The notes beneath the pieces are model-generated. The model saw only the letters and a list, made by a program, of their open reading frames with translations. It did no database searches and had not been told where the DNA came from. Below are positions 1 to 10,679 of a DNA stretch of 64,000 bases, in pieces. Numbering within the stretch: the first letter of the stretch is position 1; every line of letters starts with the position of its first letter. The translations under genes and the position numbers were made by a program. The DNA comes from Nitrosopumilus sp. (lineage in GTDB: Archaea; Thermoproteota; Nitrososphaeria; Nitrososphaerales; Nitrosopumilaceae): positions 1,632,001-1,696,000 of the forward strand of contig OY759726.1 of NCBI GenBank assembly GCA_963662625.1, read 5' to 3'.

Positions 1-434
1 CCGGCCACGCCGTCTCCACCGGGCAGTTCTTCTCGTACGTGAGCCCTGCATTGGGGGACACGGCCGAGTTTAACGTCGGGTTCTACCCGGTGCGGCAGCC
101 GGATCTCGTCACGCTCAACGTCACCGCGTACGCCGACTCCAACGCCAACGGCGTGCGCGACGCGGGCGAGCCGACGATACCTGGCGTGACGGTAACCGTG
201 TACACGTACACCACCGGCGAGATGGAATCCGTGGCCACCGGGCAGGGCGGCACGGCAAGCAATGCAGGCATCGCCCCGGCGGACTTCCTGGCGCAGGTGG
301 TGGTGCCGCAGGGATACGCCATGGCCACGTCGCCCGTGGACCCGGAGTCCGGGGTGGCGGGCGCGCTCACAGTGATCGGCCCCCCGGCCGGCTCCAGCGT
401 CTCCATGGTGGTGGGCCTGGTTCCTGCCCCATGA
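1..434 (+). CDS. C-terminal part of a surface protein with SdrD B-like repeat (5'-truncated by window edge)
   Basis: Frame is open to the window edge; motif YADSNANGVRDAGEPTIPGVTVTV matches the D.N.NG..D.GE..I.GV.V SdrD-B pattern. Confidence 0.7.
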   Translation, partial: GHAVSTGQFFSYVSPALGDTAEFNVGFYPVRQPDLVTLNVTAYADSNANGVRDAGEPTIPGVTVTVYTYTTGEMESVATGQGGTASNAGIAPADFLAQVVVPQGYAMATSPVDPESGVAGALTVIGPPAGSSVSMVVGLVPAP

Positions 435-1001
435 CCGCGGACCTGGCCCGCATGCCCGGCGCATGAACGCGTTCCTCCCGCGCGCAGGCAGGCGCGCCAC
501 TCCGGTCCTGGGATGGCGGCGAGCGGCCCCGCGCACGGTCCCGGCAGCTGGAAACCCGCCGCCCGCCACGCTCCTGGCCGGACCATGCCCGACCGCCCCC
601 GCGGCCATCCTCCCCACGCATCCGGCATGGCCGCCGGCCGGACCGTGGCGGTGCAGCGCCCCCCGTGCCGCCCGGCGGACCATGCGCCGGCACCATCAAC
701 GGGCCGTACGTCCCGGGCGACATTCCGGACGCCCCGCCCCCTTGGGTCGGCTCCCCGGCGCCGGGCCAAGAATGCCGGCAGGCGCCCAGCCGTGCAGCGT
801 TCCGGATCGACGTGCCCGGCCGCGGCACGCGGTGGCGGTGTCAAACGCTGGGCCATCTTGACTGCCCCGGCCTCCCCGCTGCCAAGCATGGCCCGGATCG
901 GTTCCTGCGCCCACCCATTGCAGTCGTGCAGGAAACACAGCGCGCCGTGCCTGATCCGATTTTAATCACGGCTGCCGCGCCCGCGCCGCCCCCCCGCCGG
1001 C

Positions 1002-2816
1002 TCAGCTCAGCCTGGGCACGAAGATGTAGATTATGGCGATTATCTCGAGCCTGCCGAAGATCATCAGGAAGCCCAGGACCACCTTCGTGGCCGGATCCGT
1101 GTCGAAGTCGATGACCCCGGCGGACAGCCCCCCTGTGGTGATCACGCCCACGGACTCGAAGAACGCGTCCTCGTAGCCCACGCCCTCAGAGGCGGCCAGG
1201 TGCCCGGCGGCGGCCAGCGCGATCGCCGGGAACAGCCCTATGATCAGCCCCGTGGACACGGCCTCCTTCCTGGCCTGCGCGGACATGGCCCTCCTGGACG
1301 CCCGCCGCAGCAGCCTCCCGCAGTCCTTCAGGTGGAACAGCCTGAACACCTTGAACCCGCCGGCCGTCGAGAAGCCGCACCCGCCGACGAACATCAGGAC
1401 CACCAGGATCGCGTGCGAGGCCGAGTTGAGCCCCGCCATGCTCTCGTACTGGAGCCCGGCGGTGGTCCCGGCCGACACCGTGTAGAACGCCCCCTCGAAC
1501 AGATCCAGCCCGCTGACCCACATGAACAGCAGGGTGGCCCCGGCCAGGATGGAAAAGTACGTCAGGACCTCCTTCCCGAGCTTCGGCGATAGGAACTTCT
1601 TCCTGACGAACGCGTAGTGGAACGTGAAGGGCAGGGCCCCCAGGATCATCGCGCTCATCAGGATGAGCTGCTCCTGCCACGCCATGCCGTCCAGGATCGT
1701 CGAGGACGGCAGGAACCCGCCGGTGGCGAGCGTGCTCATGGAGAGCGATATGTTGTCGATCATGTTGTCCTTGCCGAAGAAGAACAGCAGGCCCGCCACG
1801 ATCATTATGTACAGGATGAAGATCACGGTGATCGTCCCGAACAGCTCCCTCATGTGGAGCGTCCTGCCGGATATGAATCCCCTCATCGACTGCAGCTTGG
1901 ACTCGGGGTAGAACGCGGTGATCACCAGGTAGATGAAGCTCATCCCCCCGACCAGCTGCGTGAAGCTGCGGTAGAACGTGAAGCTCTGCGGCAGGTTCTC
2001 CGGCTCGTCGAACAGCGAGATCCCGCCCGTGGTGAACCCGGCGGCGCTGGAGAAGAACGCGTTTGCGAACACCTCGATCCCGGTGGCCTCCACGGGGGCC
2101 ACGTACAGGTACGGCACGGTGCCGAACAGGGAGAGCAGGAACAGGCTGGCGAACACCAGCACCGAGGCCTGCTGCAGGTTGAGGCTGGCCTTCTCGCCGT
2201 AAGAGTTGAGGAAGAACCCAGTCACCAGCAGCAGCACGGTGGTGAGGTAGATCCCGGTGGCCGTCACCGTCTCCCCCAGTATGGTCGACAGGATCGCCGG
2301 CGCCAGCAGCAGCACCCCGGCAAACTGGAGCACGAACCCCAGGTTCCCCAGTATGGCCTTCACCGGGGGGCTGAGCAGCCTGGGCGGGGTGGCCGTGGCG
2401 TCCCTGATCACGTTGGCTATGGTCACCTGCAGGATTATGCCGGCCACCATGCCGCCCTTGGAGAGGACTGGCAGCTTCCTGATGCTGTGGTCCCGCATTA
2501 TGTGCAGCGCCTCCTGCAGGGTGGCGTTCTCGTGGATGGTGATCAGCGGGGCGCTCATCACGTCCTTGAGCACGGTGGCCTCGGCGTACACCGTGACGTC
2601 GCTCACCTTGCTGAGGATGTCCTGGTCGGTCACGATCCCTATGGGCCTGTCGCCGCCGTCCGTGACCACTATGTCGTCGGTCTCGTACCTCTGCAGCATC
2701 CTGGCTGCCACCCTGGTCAGCGTGTTCTGCTCCAGCATCAGGACGTCCTTGTCCATGTAGGTCGAGACCTGCTTTGAGAGGACGTACGATACCGATCTCC
2801 CTGGGTTGGTGGACAT
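1002..2816 (-). CDS. trkH: CBS-domain-fused TrkH-family potassium uptake protein
   Basis: N-terminal CBS pair (GIVTDQD), pore-loop motifs FTTGG, LATGG, GTTAG, ITTGGLS, C-terminal MIFGRLEI. Confidence 0.88.
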   Translation of the reverse strand: MSTNPGRSVSYVLSKQVSTYMDKDVLMLEQNTLTRVAARMLQRYETDDIVVTDGGDRPIGIVTDQDILSKVSDVTVYAEATVLKDVMSAPLITIHENATLQEALHIMRDHSIRKLPVLSKGGMVAGIILQVTIANVIRDATATPPRLLSPPVKAILGNLGFVLQFAGVLLLAPAILSTILGETVTATGIYLTTVLLLVTGFFLNSYGEKASLNLQQASVLVFASLFLLSLFGTVPYLYVAPVEATGIEVFANAFFSSAAGFTTGGISLFDEPENLPQSFTFYRSFTQLVGGMSFIYLVITAFYPESKLQSMRGFISGRTLHMRELFGTITVIFILYIMIVAGLLFFFGKDNMIDNISLSMSTLATGGFLPSSTILDGMAWQEQLILMSAMILGALPFTFHYAFVRKKFLSPKLGKEVLTYFSILAGATLLFMWVSGLDLFEGAFYTVSAGTTAGLQYESMAGLNSASHAILVVLMFVGGCGFSTAGGFKVFRLFHLKDCGRLLRRASRRAMSAQARKEAVSTGLIIGLFPAIALAAAGHLAASEGVGYEDAFFESVGVITTGGLSAGVIDFDTDPATKVVLGFLMIFGRLEIIAIIYIFVPRLS

Positions 2817-3028
2817 TGGGCGCTCACTCTTCTGCCCAACACGAACAATTTAGGGTTATGCACGGGGCCATTCCCGGGGCGGTACAAGTTCAGGCCCGCC
2901 CCGGGTTCGTGCCTGGCCGGAGAATGCCTGCACTGATTTCGTACCTGCCGTATGCTTGGACCTGAGCATGTGCCCGGGGCGGCTTGGTATGTTTATAAGC
3001 GCTGGGCGCGGGGATCGTGCGTAGCCGC

Positions 3029-3454
3029 ATGGAGATCAACCAGGACCAGGATCCAGACTACGAGTCGGTACGGATCGGGTACGTCGGGTCTGTAGACCCC
3101 TACAACGTGCAGGGGTTGCTCGTCCTAAAGTCCGACGACGGGAGGGAGTTCCACATGACCGCGTTCTCGGGCGAGGTCGCCAACCTCATAGCCGTCTTCC
3201 TGAAGGACGGGAGGGAGGCGGTGCCGTCCGTCTACAAGATGATCGAGGAGATCTGCGAGGAGAACGAGCTCGTCCTGGTGAAGATCAAGATATACGACAG
3301 CGGCGAGGTGTTGCGGGCCAACCTCTACCTCACGGGCAAGAAGGACCTTGTCCTGAGGAACTACCGCGCCTCAGACGCGCTGGCGCTCGGCGCGTTCTAC
3401 AACATACCGATACTGGTGAGGAAGAGCCTGCTGAAGGAGCCCCTGGAGGCGTAG
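3029..3454 (+). CDS. Bifunctional nuclease family (DUF151-like) protein
   Basis: RASDALAL..NIPILV motif; TATA-like tttataa about 30 bp upstream of ATG 3029. Confidence 0.7.
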   Translation: MEINQDQDPDYESVRIGYVGSVDPYNVQGLLVLKSDDGREFHMTAFSGEVANLIAVFLKDGREAVPSVYKMIEEICEENELVLVKIKIYDSGEVLRANLYLTGKKDLVLRNYRASDALALGAFYNIPILVRKSLLKEPLEA

Positions 3455-3483
3455 GCGCGGGCCGCCTCGGCGGCGCGCCCGCG

Positions 3484-4575
3484 TCACGTGGTGACCTCAC
3501 CGAGCCTGCCCTCGTCGCGCGCGCGCCTTATCTCCATGGCTATCCTCCTGCCCACGCCGAACGTCTGCCCGTACTGGTACTTCGTGTACGGGCTGGTGGT
3601 GGCCACGATCGGGTTGCCGGGCACGCGCAGCGAGACGTCGTACACCACCAGCTCGAGGTCCTTGGTGATCACGCTCTGGAGCGAGAAGGGCCCTATGATC
3701 CCAGGCGGGTACTCCTTCCTGACCGCCTCCACGAACTTGTCGCCCATAGCCATCACCTTCTCGAGCAGCGACTCCCTCACGCTGGCGGGGGTGTGCCCCA
3801 CCTCAATGTTCTGCAGGTCCACGTCCGTGTCGAGCTGCTGCCTGGCCGGGAGCGCGTTGAAGTCGTGCAGGTTGGTCTGCAGCCGCCTCTCTATGCCCAC
3901 AAAGTCCACCTGGTCCGATATGGGCGTGTGGAAGAAGTTGAAGTTCATGTACGTCCCGATCGCCAGCTCCTCGATGCTCGACCTCTCCAGGTCCTCCCTG
4001 GATATGAGGCCCTGCCTTATCCTGGCCTCTGACTTTTCCTCGTAGTCGGCCGGCGAGGACACCGTGAAGAACGCCCTCTCCAGCGGCCTGTCCCTCTCCT
4101 GGACCTTGACGATGCACGGCGCGTCGATCTCCCCGGGATCCGCGAACAGCCTGGGGAACTTGATCCCGGCCTTCCCCAGCAGGTGGTACTGGTTCCTCTC
4201 CGCGTCCCTCTCCTCTGCGCGGAAGAGCCCCCTGTTGCCGAATATGGGAACCCTGAACTCGTCCTCGAGCACGCCGTACCCCAGGTAGACGGTAAGCGAC
4301 CTGTGCGGCACGACTATGGTCCCGCTCTCCCGGAGCCTCTCCTGCATCCCTGCGGACGCCATGTCCCCGAACCGGTCTAGGACCACGACCTCGTCGGCGA
4401 TCCTTCCGAACCGCCTGTACGGCGTCTCCCTGCCCCTCTGGCAGTAGACCGTGGTCTGAAACCCCTCGTCCTTGGCGCCGTCCATCACCTCGAGCGCCGA
4501 GTGGCTACCGAGCACGCCTATCCGGACGTCCCGGTACCCGCCCACGATCTCGCCTATCTCGTCCCTGCCGATCAC
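3484..4575 (-). CDS. purP: PurP-family ATP-grasp enzyme (formate:AICAR ligase-like, DUF1246/DUF1297)
   Basis: LGSHSAL.V.DGAKDEGF, PPGIIGPFSLQ and GRRIAMEI motifs; GTG start at 4575 chosen. Confidence 0.85.
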   Translation of the reverse strand: MIGRDEIGEIVGGYRDVRIGVLGSHSALEVMDGAKDEGFQTTVYCQRGRETPYRRFGRIADEVVVLDRFGDMASAGMQERLRESGTIVVPHRSLTVYLGYGVLEDEFRVPIFGNRGLFRAEERDAERNQYHLLGKAGIKFPRLFADPGEIDAPCIVKVQERDRPLERAFFTVSSPADYEEKSEARIRQGLISREDLERSSIEELAIGTYMNFNFFHTPISDQVDFVGIERRLQTNLHDFNALPARQQLDTDVDLQNIEVGHTPASVRESLLEKVMAMGDKFVEAVRKEYPPGIIGPFSLQSVITKDLELVVYDVSLRVPGNPIVATTSPYTKYQYGQTFGVGRRIAMEIRRARDEGRLGEVTT

Positions 4576-4606
4576 GACATGGTATGCCGCGCCGGTTCTA
4601 ATATAG

Positions 4607-6473
4607 CTAGTTTTTCCGGCGCGGCAGCTGCCGGAGGGCGCCTTCCCAGAACCCAAGCATCCTGGCGCCTCGCCCGGTCAGTTTCCGGAACTCCTGGGTG
4701 CCTGCGACGTTCCCGAACAACACCCCGGATCTGTCCTTGGCCATTTTCCTGAATTCCGGATCCAACGCGATGGCCCCTTCCAGGCAGTCGAGGCATTCCT
4801 GGATCGAGCCTTTCATTGCATGAACGGCCGATTTGCAGAATAGCGCATAGCCGTGGCCGGGGTTGGCCTGCAGCACCTTGTCGAGGCAGCTCATGGCGCC
4901 GTCACAATCGCCCAGAAATGTGCGGGCCACGCCTAGGCCGGACAGCACCATGCCCAGATCAGGTTTTAGCTCCAGGCTTTTTTCCAAATAAAATACGGCT
5001 TCCTTATACGCGCCTTTCTTGGATAGAATTGAGCCTATTCCGTTCCAGCTTTCTGCATGCTCGGGGTTGATCTCCAGGCTTTTTTCGTAAAGCTTGATCA
5101 CCTCGTCGTCAGGGATCTCGCTTTCACGATCAAGTTGGCCGACGAGGGCCTTGTGGCAATGCCCTTCAAAGTCACCCGGTTCCAGCCGGACGTATCTGTC
5201 GCAGCACTCGGCCGCTGTCCGGTAGTCGCGTTCTTTGAATGCGATGGCTCCCAGCATGTCGTAGCAGGCGCTGTCGTTCGGATCCTTTTCGAGTATTCTT
5301 TTTAGTGTTTTCACCGCCTCGTTATCCTTGCCCATGCCGCTCAGGCAAGCTGCTTTGGTCAACAGGGCGCCGGCGTTGTACTCTTCTTTGCAGAGTATTC
5401 TTTCACAGATCTCCATTCCTTCTGCATAGCGCTTCTTGGCTGCTACCATGCATGCGTAACGGAGTAGTGCCTTCACTGAGCCGGGGTTTGCTGTGAGGTA
5501 TTTTTTTGACCATGCCAGCCCCTCGTCATACCGCTTCAACCTGTAATACGAGTATGCGATGCTGTCCATGGCCCCTGTGGCGTTCTTGTCAATTTTGATA
5601 AGGCGTTGGAACTCATTTGCCGCCTTCACGTGCTTGGAGCCGTATTGAAGGATGGTGCCTTTTCGATATATGGTGCCTGGATCGTTGCTGTTTGCGAAGG
5701 TGGCTTCAGCATCGGCCAAGCACGACTCTACTTTGGTCAGCTCCTCTCCTGAGTTGTCATAGTGGACCAGGTTGCGTGTCTTTTCTACGGTGAATTCTAA
5801 GCTGTTGCCGGGACTATTGCGTATGGCCAAACCCGTGATTGACTTCCACATGCCCGGCCACTGGCTTGCGGAGCCTGCGTATTCGTGCCTGGCATCGGCG
5901 GCTCCGTCATTGCGTCGCCATCGTGAATCAAGCTCGTCCCAGACTTTTTCCTTTTCGGGGTAGATGTCAAAAGCCATCCACTTGGCAAGGATGGCTTTCA
6001 CGTCATCGTGTTTTTCTTTATTCCATAAACGCTCGATTATGGATTCCTCCTCGATCAGTTCCTCCAGCATGAAGCACAGCTGGTCGTCATTCATTGCGGT
6101 GTGGACCTTGAACCATTTCTGGATGGCTTCGGACAGCTTGTCATTTTTATCCATGGCCATGTCTACCGACATCCGGACGGATTTCAATGGCAGCACCAGT
6201 CCCACCCCCGTTGGCGTTAATCATAAGTTCGGCAAGCATCATCGCCATCCTCTTGTTTCCGTCGCTTAGGGGATGGATCTTTGTGACTGCCTCCATCAGG
6301 GCGGCCGCCTTTTGGTGCAGTTCCGGGTACTGCTCGTGCCCACAGGCCGCCATTTTTGGCTTTTCTAAGGCAAACCCCAACTGTCCTTTTTTCACAATCA
6401 CGACGTTCATGCTGTAACGCCTGTTCAGGTACCGGACGATGCGTTCGGCGTATCGCAAATCCGGATAAAACGT
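4607..6473 (-). pseudogene. Fic/Doc domain-TPR fusion, frameshifted and with probable ACG-mutated start
   Basis: HPLSDGNKR Fic motif in ORF 6147-6458; Doc-like sequence continues in another frame (LVLPLKSVRMSVDMA) after a G-run near 6205, then multiple TPR repeats in ORF 4607-6205. Confidence 0.65.
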
Positions 6474-6605
6474 TTAGATCTCTGCCAGCCGATCATAGAC
6501 CCTGGAGTGCCTGTCCAGCATTTTGTTGATGATTTCGTCCAGTTCCTCATCTGAATGCCTCTCCTTTTTGGCAGTAGCCTCTGGTTTGGCACCGGTTTTT
6601 TCCAT
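6474..6605 (-). CDS. Small (43 aa) putative antitoxin upstream of Fic/Doc
   Basis: MEKTG...EELDEIINKMLDRHSRVYDRLAEI; stop abuts the Fic start; size and ending resemble Doc-associated antitoxins. Confidence 0.6.
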   Translation of the reverse strand: MEKTGAKPEATAKKERHSDEELDEIINKMLDRHSRVYDRLAEI

Positions 6606-6824
6606 GACCGTGTTGCCCGATTTAACGTAAAAAAGATTACTGGAACGCTGTGCGGCAGGGGCGCCAGAATCGCCTAGCGCGCACTTTGCCGGTGGCGCCT
6701 CCCCGGGATCACGCGCACCCGCATCCGGGTGGAACGCGCCGGATCCCGCCGTGCCGCGTCCCCGGCAGGCCCTGTTCATGCCCGATCCGGCGCATGCCGG
6801 GACCTGCCCCATGCCCGTCTTTTG

Positions 6825-6931
6825 GAGCCTCGAGGCTTGGCCAGCAGGCGCGCTCTTCCACATACAACCTCCCGCTTTCCGAGAGGGACTCGACGAGCCT
6901 CGAGGCTTGGCCAGCAGGCGCGCTCTTCCAC
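6825..6931. repeat. Perfect 37-bp direct repeat pair with 33-bp insert
   Basis: gagcctcgaggcttggccagcaggcgcgctcttccac at 6825-6861 and 6895-6931. Confidence 0.95.
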
Positions 6932-6982
6932 CCCGACCGCGCCGCGCGCAAGATTTTTCTTGGGCTGGGTGCGACATGGGGC

Positions 6983-7141
6983 ATGCTGTACCACTTTGAG
7001 CTGCAGATGGCCGGGGCGATCCTGTTTGCCGCCATGCTGGTGGGGGGCATAACCCTGTGGATAAGGCGCAGGCGGGCCCAGCGCGAACTCGACGCGCGGG
7101 ACGGGCCAGGCGCGCCCGGCGACGATCCCAGTAACGCCTGA
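6983..7141 (+). CDS. Small single-pass membrane protein (52 aa)
   Basis: MLYHFELQMAGAILFAAMLVGGITLW followed by RRRR (TM helix plus positive-inside). Confidence 0.5.
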   Translation: MLYHFELQMAGAILFAAMLVGGITLWIRRRRAQRELDARDGPGAPGDDPSNA

Positions 7142-7199
7142 TGCCAACGGCGCCAGCGGCTCCGTGCAATAGATAAAGCACCGTGACTGTACACGTAGT

Positions 7200-7760
7200 G
7201 TGTTGAGGCTAGTGGTCGGGATCACGGGCAGCACGGGCGCGGCGTACGGGATCCGCATGCTCGAGGTGCTCAGGGACATGGGGGTGGAGACCCACCTGGT
7301 AATGTCAGCGTGGGGCGCGAAGTGCATCGCCATGGAGACGGGGCGCGACGCGGACTATGCGCGGTCCCTGGCCACCGCGTCCTCCGACGACGGTAACATG
7401 GCGGCAAGCGTCTCCAGCGGGTCGCACAGGGTGGACGGGATGGTGGTGGTGCCATGCAGCATGAAGACCCTCTCCGCCATCGCAAACGGATACGACGACA
7501 CGCTCATAGCGCGCGCGGCGGGCGTCGCCATCAAGGAGTCCAGGAGGCTGGTCCTGGTGGCGCGGGAGACGCCGCTATCCGCGATCCACCTGGAAAACAT
7601 GCTGAAGCTGGCGCGGCTGGGGGTGGTGATACTCCCCCCGGTCACCGAGTTCTACACGTCGCCCAAGACCATCGGCGACATCATCGACCACTGCGTGGGC
7701 AAGTGCCTGGACCAGTTCGGCCTGGAGCACACTTTATACCCGAGGTGGGGATCCAGCTAA
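7200..7760 (+). CDS. ubiX: UbiX family flavin prenyltransferase
   Basis: VVGITGSTG, SSGS, PCSMKTL, RETPL..IHLENM motifs. Confidence 0.92.
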   Translation: MLRLVVGITGSTGAAYGIRMLEVLRDMGVETHLVMSAWGAKCIAMETGRDADYARSLATASSDDGNMAASVSSGSHRVDGMVVVPCSMKTLSAIANGYDDTLIARAAGVAIKESRRLVLVARETPLSAIHLENMLKLARLGVVILPPVTEFYTSPKTIGDIIDHCVGKCLDQFGLEHTLYPRWGSS

Positions 7761-7766
7761 GCTGCA

Positions 7767-8195
7767 TTGCCAAAGTTCTCCCTGGAAAAGATCGTGGGGG
7801 CCGGCGTCGAGAGGACGTTCGACGCCTTCGCCGACCCCCGGGGGCTGCAGGATGCGGCGCCGCGGCACTTCACCTCGGTCCGCGTGCTGTCTGCCAGGGG
7901 AGGCGTGTCGGTGGCAGAGGTGCACCTCGTCCTTGCCGGAAAGGAGCTAGTGATGATGACGAAGCACGTGGCCGACCGGCCCCGCACCCACGAGGTGTTC
8001 GTGATCGGCGGCAACGCGAAGGGCAGCCACATAGTGGAGAGGTACTCGCCGGCCGGGCAGGCCACCCGGGTCGAGGTAGACGCCGACCTGAGGCTGGACG
8101 CCGCGTCGAGGCTGGCCGGGCTCTTCGGCAGGGGCAGGGTCGTGGACGGCTATTCGGAGATCGTGGACGATCTTGCCGCGGCCGCGGAACGCTAG
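7767..8195 (+). CDS. SRPBCC/polyketide cyclase-like protein
   Basis: 142 aa directly after ubiX, START-like alternating pattern. Confidence 0.55.
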   Translation: MPKFSLEKIVGAGVERTFDAFADPRGLQDAAPRHFTSVRVLSARGGVSVAEVHLVLAGKELVMMTKHVADRPRTHEVFVIGGNAKGSHIVERYSPAGQATRVEVDADLRLDAASRLAGLFGRGRVVDGYSEIVDDLAAAAER

Positions 8196-8398
8196 CCCTG
8201 CTTTGTCTCCTTGTCCTTGAAGTCCTTCAGCTCTTTCTCGCCCTCTATCTTCCCCTTCTCGAACTCGCCCTTGGCCTTGCCGAACGTCTTTGCCAGCTCC
8301 GGGATCTTCTTCGCGCCGAAGATGAATATGACGGCGATGATTATGATGAATATCCACTCCTGGCCGGCTATAAATCCCGCAAAATCCATTCCGAACAT
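8192..8398 (-). CDS. tatA: Twin-arginine translocase TatA/E
   Basis: TM helix then FGAKKIPELAKTFGKAKGEF. Confidence 0.92.
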   Translation of the reverse strand: MFGMDFAGFIAGQEWIFIIIIAVIFIFGAKKIPELAKTFGKAKGEFEKGKIEGEKELKDFKDKETKQG

Positions 8399-8524
8399 TA
8401 CGCCTTTACTTTGCGGATTTTAGATTTAAGTGTTCAACATCGCCTCCACGGGCCCCCCCAGTGCGGAAACCTGCCCCCGGGCCAAGGCGGGCAGGCTCCG
8501 GCCGGCGCCGCAGCGGCCAGGCGC

Positions 8525-8752
8525 CTACCCGTCCCTGCGGTACGTCACCCTCGGGTTGTTCGACAGTATGAGGCCGATGACGATCGACATGAGGGAAAGG
8601 AGCGTCAGGACGAGGAACATCACGATCGTCCCGGCCAACTCGTGGTACTCCTCGAACACCTTCACCAGGAATATCATGGCGCTGCCAAGGGTGCAAAAAC
8701 CCGCCACGAGGAACCAGTACCTTCCTGGCATGGTAAACCGGAACAGCGGCAT
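8525..8752 (-). CDS. Small two-TM membrane protein
   Basis: Two hydrophobic segments; tttaaa TATA upstream. Confidence 0.55.
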   Translation of the reverse strand: MPLFRFTMPGRYWFLVAGFCTLGSAMIFLVKVFEEYHELAGTIVMFLVLTLLSLMSIVIGLILSNNPRVTYRRDG

Positions 8753-8891
8753 TGGGAATGCTTGATCCGTGCATTTTAAATACATTTGACCCGCCGTGGG
8801 CCCGGATCCGGGGCCCGCCCGCGGTCGGGGGCGCCCTCCTCCCCGGCTAGCCGCCCCGGGATCCCGCGGACGCCGGCGGCGCCCCGCCGGG

Positions 8892-9674
8892 CTACGATCT
8901 GCGGTCCTTGCGCTCGATGGCCACCATGCCTGCCACGTACAGCGCTATCATGGGCCCGGCGATGAACCACATCGTGACGCCGCTCCCGTCTGGCGTGATC
9001 ACCGCGCCGAATACCACGATGGCGATCACCGCGTACCTGATGTTCCTCCTCCAGAACCCCGCGCCTGCCATGCCTGACTGCGTCACCGCGTACATGGCCA
9101 GCGGCAGCTGGAACGACAGCCCGAACGCCAGCAGGAACTGGAGGACGAACGTGACAAAGTCCATCACGTTGAGGAACGTGACCAGGCCGGCGGACTCTCC
9201 GTACCTGTACAGGAACTCCAGCACGTAGGGGATTATCAGGCTGTACGAGAAGGCGCACCCCGCGGCAAAGAGCCCGAGCGCCGGGAGCGTTATGGACCGG
9301 CCCGCGTGGATCTCGTTCTCCTTGAGCGCGGGCCTTATGAAGCCGACGAACTCCCTGACCATGACCGGCATGCCTGCCAGTATCCCCACCAGCGCCGCGA
9401 TGTACACCTGCGCGAAGAACGCCTGCCCGGGGGCCGTCTGGATCATCTGGACGTTTTCCGGGACCAGGCTCTGCCGCATGTGGTCGGTTATCTGCGCCGC
9501 CATGTTGTCAAGCGGCTCCGGGACGGGGTAGTACAGGGTGAACTGGTCCACCTGGACCGGCTCGGCGTGGAACGTCAGCAGGAACACAGTCACCGCCCCG
9601 ATCACGATCACCATGCGCAGGATCCTCCTCCTGAGCTCGTTCAGGTGGGCGTAAATCTCCTGGAACTCCGACAT
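8892..9674 (-). CDS. tatC: Twin-arginine translocase TatC
   Basis: HLNELRRR, FIRPAL..NE, FQLP and ITPD motifs. Confidence 0.93.
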   Translation of the reverse strand: MSEFQEIYAHLNELRRRILRMVIVIGAVTVFLLTFHAEPVQVDQFTLYYPVPEPLDNMAAQITDHMRQSLVPENVQMIQTAPGQAFFAQVYIAALVGILAGMPVMVREFVGFIRPALKENEIHAGRSITLPALGLFAAGCAFSYSLIIPYVLEFLYRYGESAGLVTFLNVMDFVTFVLQFLLAFGLSFQLPLAMYAVTQSGMAGAGFWRRNIRYAVIAIVVFGAVITPDGSGVTMWFIAGPMIALYVAGMVAIERKDRRS

Positions 9675-9704
9675 CTGGACTCCCTACCGCGAACTGCCTC
9701 TTAT

Positions 9705-10169
9705 CTATTTGCCGGGAATCGGGAGCAGCTTCGACTCGGGGAGCCCGGCCTCCTTCAGCTCCTCGTGGCCGGGGCCGTCGAACTCGAGCGACATCACCGC
9801 CTTCACGTTGAACTCCCCCTCCAGCGCCGCGGCCAGCTCCGCCAGCTCCGCGCCGGAGTACACCTCCCTGGAGCCCCTCAGGAACACCCTCTCCCCCTTC
9901 TCCATCGGCTTCCCGCCGTACCTGTCGTGGAGGAACTTCGTGATCGCGGGCAGCTCGCCCCTCGGGATGTTGTTGTGGAAATAGGTGATGCCCTTCACCG
10001 ACTCGTAGTCAAACGGCGTGCCGTTCCTGTAGAGGAACACCCCTATGAAGATCGCCTCGGATTCGGGCTCCCTGACGCACTTGATCTCCCAGTTCAGCAG
10101 GCTGGCCTCGTCGTACGAGAAGCCGCCTGCCTCCTCGGGGGTGATCTTCCAGTACCTTGACCTTGCCAA
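9705..10169 (-). CDS. Hypothetical protein
   Basis: Protein-like composition from TTG 10169 (MARSRYWKITPEE); tttataa upstream. Confidence 0.65.
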   Translation of the reverse strand: MARSRYWKITPEEAGGFSYDEASLLNWEIKCVREPESEAIFIGVFLYRNGTPFDYESVKGITYFHNNIPRGELPAITKFLHDRYGGKPMEKGERVFLRGSREVYSGAELAELAAALEGEFNVKAVMSLEFDGPGHEELKEAGLPESKLLPIPGK

Positions 10170-10343
10170 CGCGTAGGATCCGGGCCTCCTGTTATAAATT
10201 CCAATGCGCCGCGGCGCGCTCGGGCCGCGGCGGGGCGGGACGGGGCACACGCGCCCTCCAGCGGGCGGGCCCAGCCGCGGAAGGGCCCGCCGCCATCCTT
10301 ATTTTCATACCATCTTTTTATATGAAAAACACGCATACCGTCC

Positions 10344-10499
10344 ATGGCTATTCGCACGACCATAATGCTTGATCCGGCGCTCTCCGAGAAGCTCAGGGCG
10401 GTGCAGGCGAAGATGATAAGGTCCTCGTCGGGCTCGGTCAGCTTCTCCCGCGTGGTGAACCTGGTGATCGCCGAGGGCATCAAGAGATACCGGCCCTGA
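10344..10499 (+). CDS. Small ribbon-helix-helix-like DNA-binding protein (51 aa; not in ORF track)
   Basis: MAIRTTIMLDPALSEKLRAVQAKMIRSSSGSVSFSRVVNLVIAEGIKRYRP; ttttata about 25 bp upstream. Confidence 0.7.
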   Translation: MAIRTTIMLDPALSEKLRAVQAKMIRSSSGSVSFSRVVNLVIAEGIKRYRP

Positions 10500-10679
10500 G
10501 CGGCCCGGATCCGGCGCCCCGCCGCCCCTGCCCGGCGCGGCCGGGACGGCCCGAGCGGCCGCGGAGCTGCAAGCGGGCCCGCAGCTGCGCCCGCGCGCGG
10601 CCATGGCAGCCGGGCGGCCCGGGAATGTCGGCCAGGTACATCATCAGGTCCAGGGCACATGGCAGCCACTCCTGGGTAG

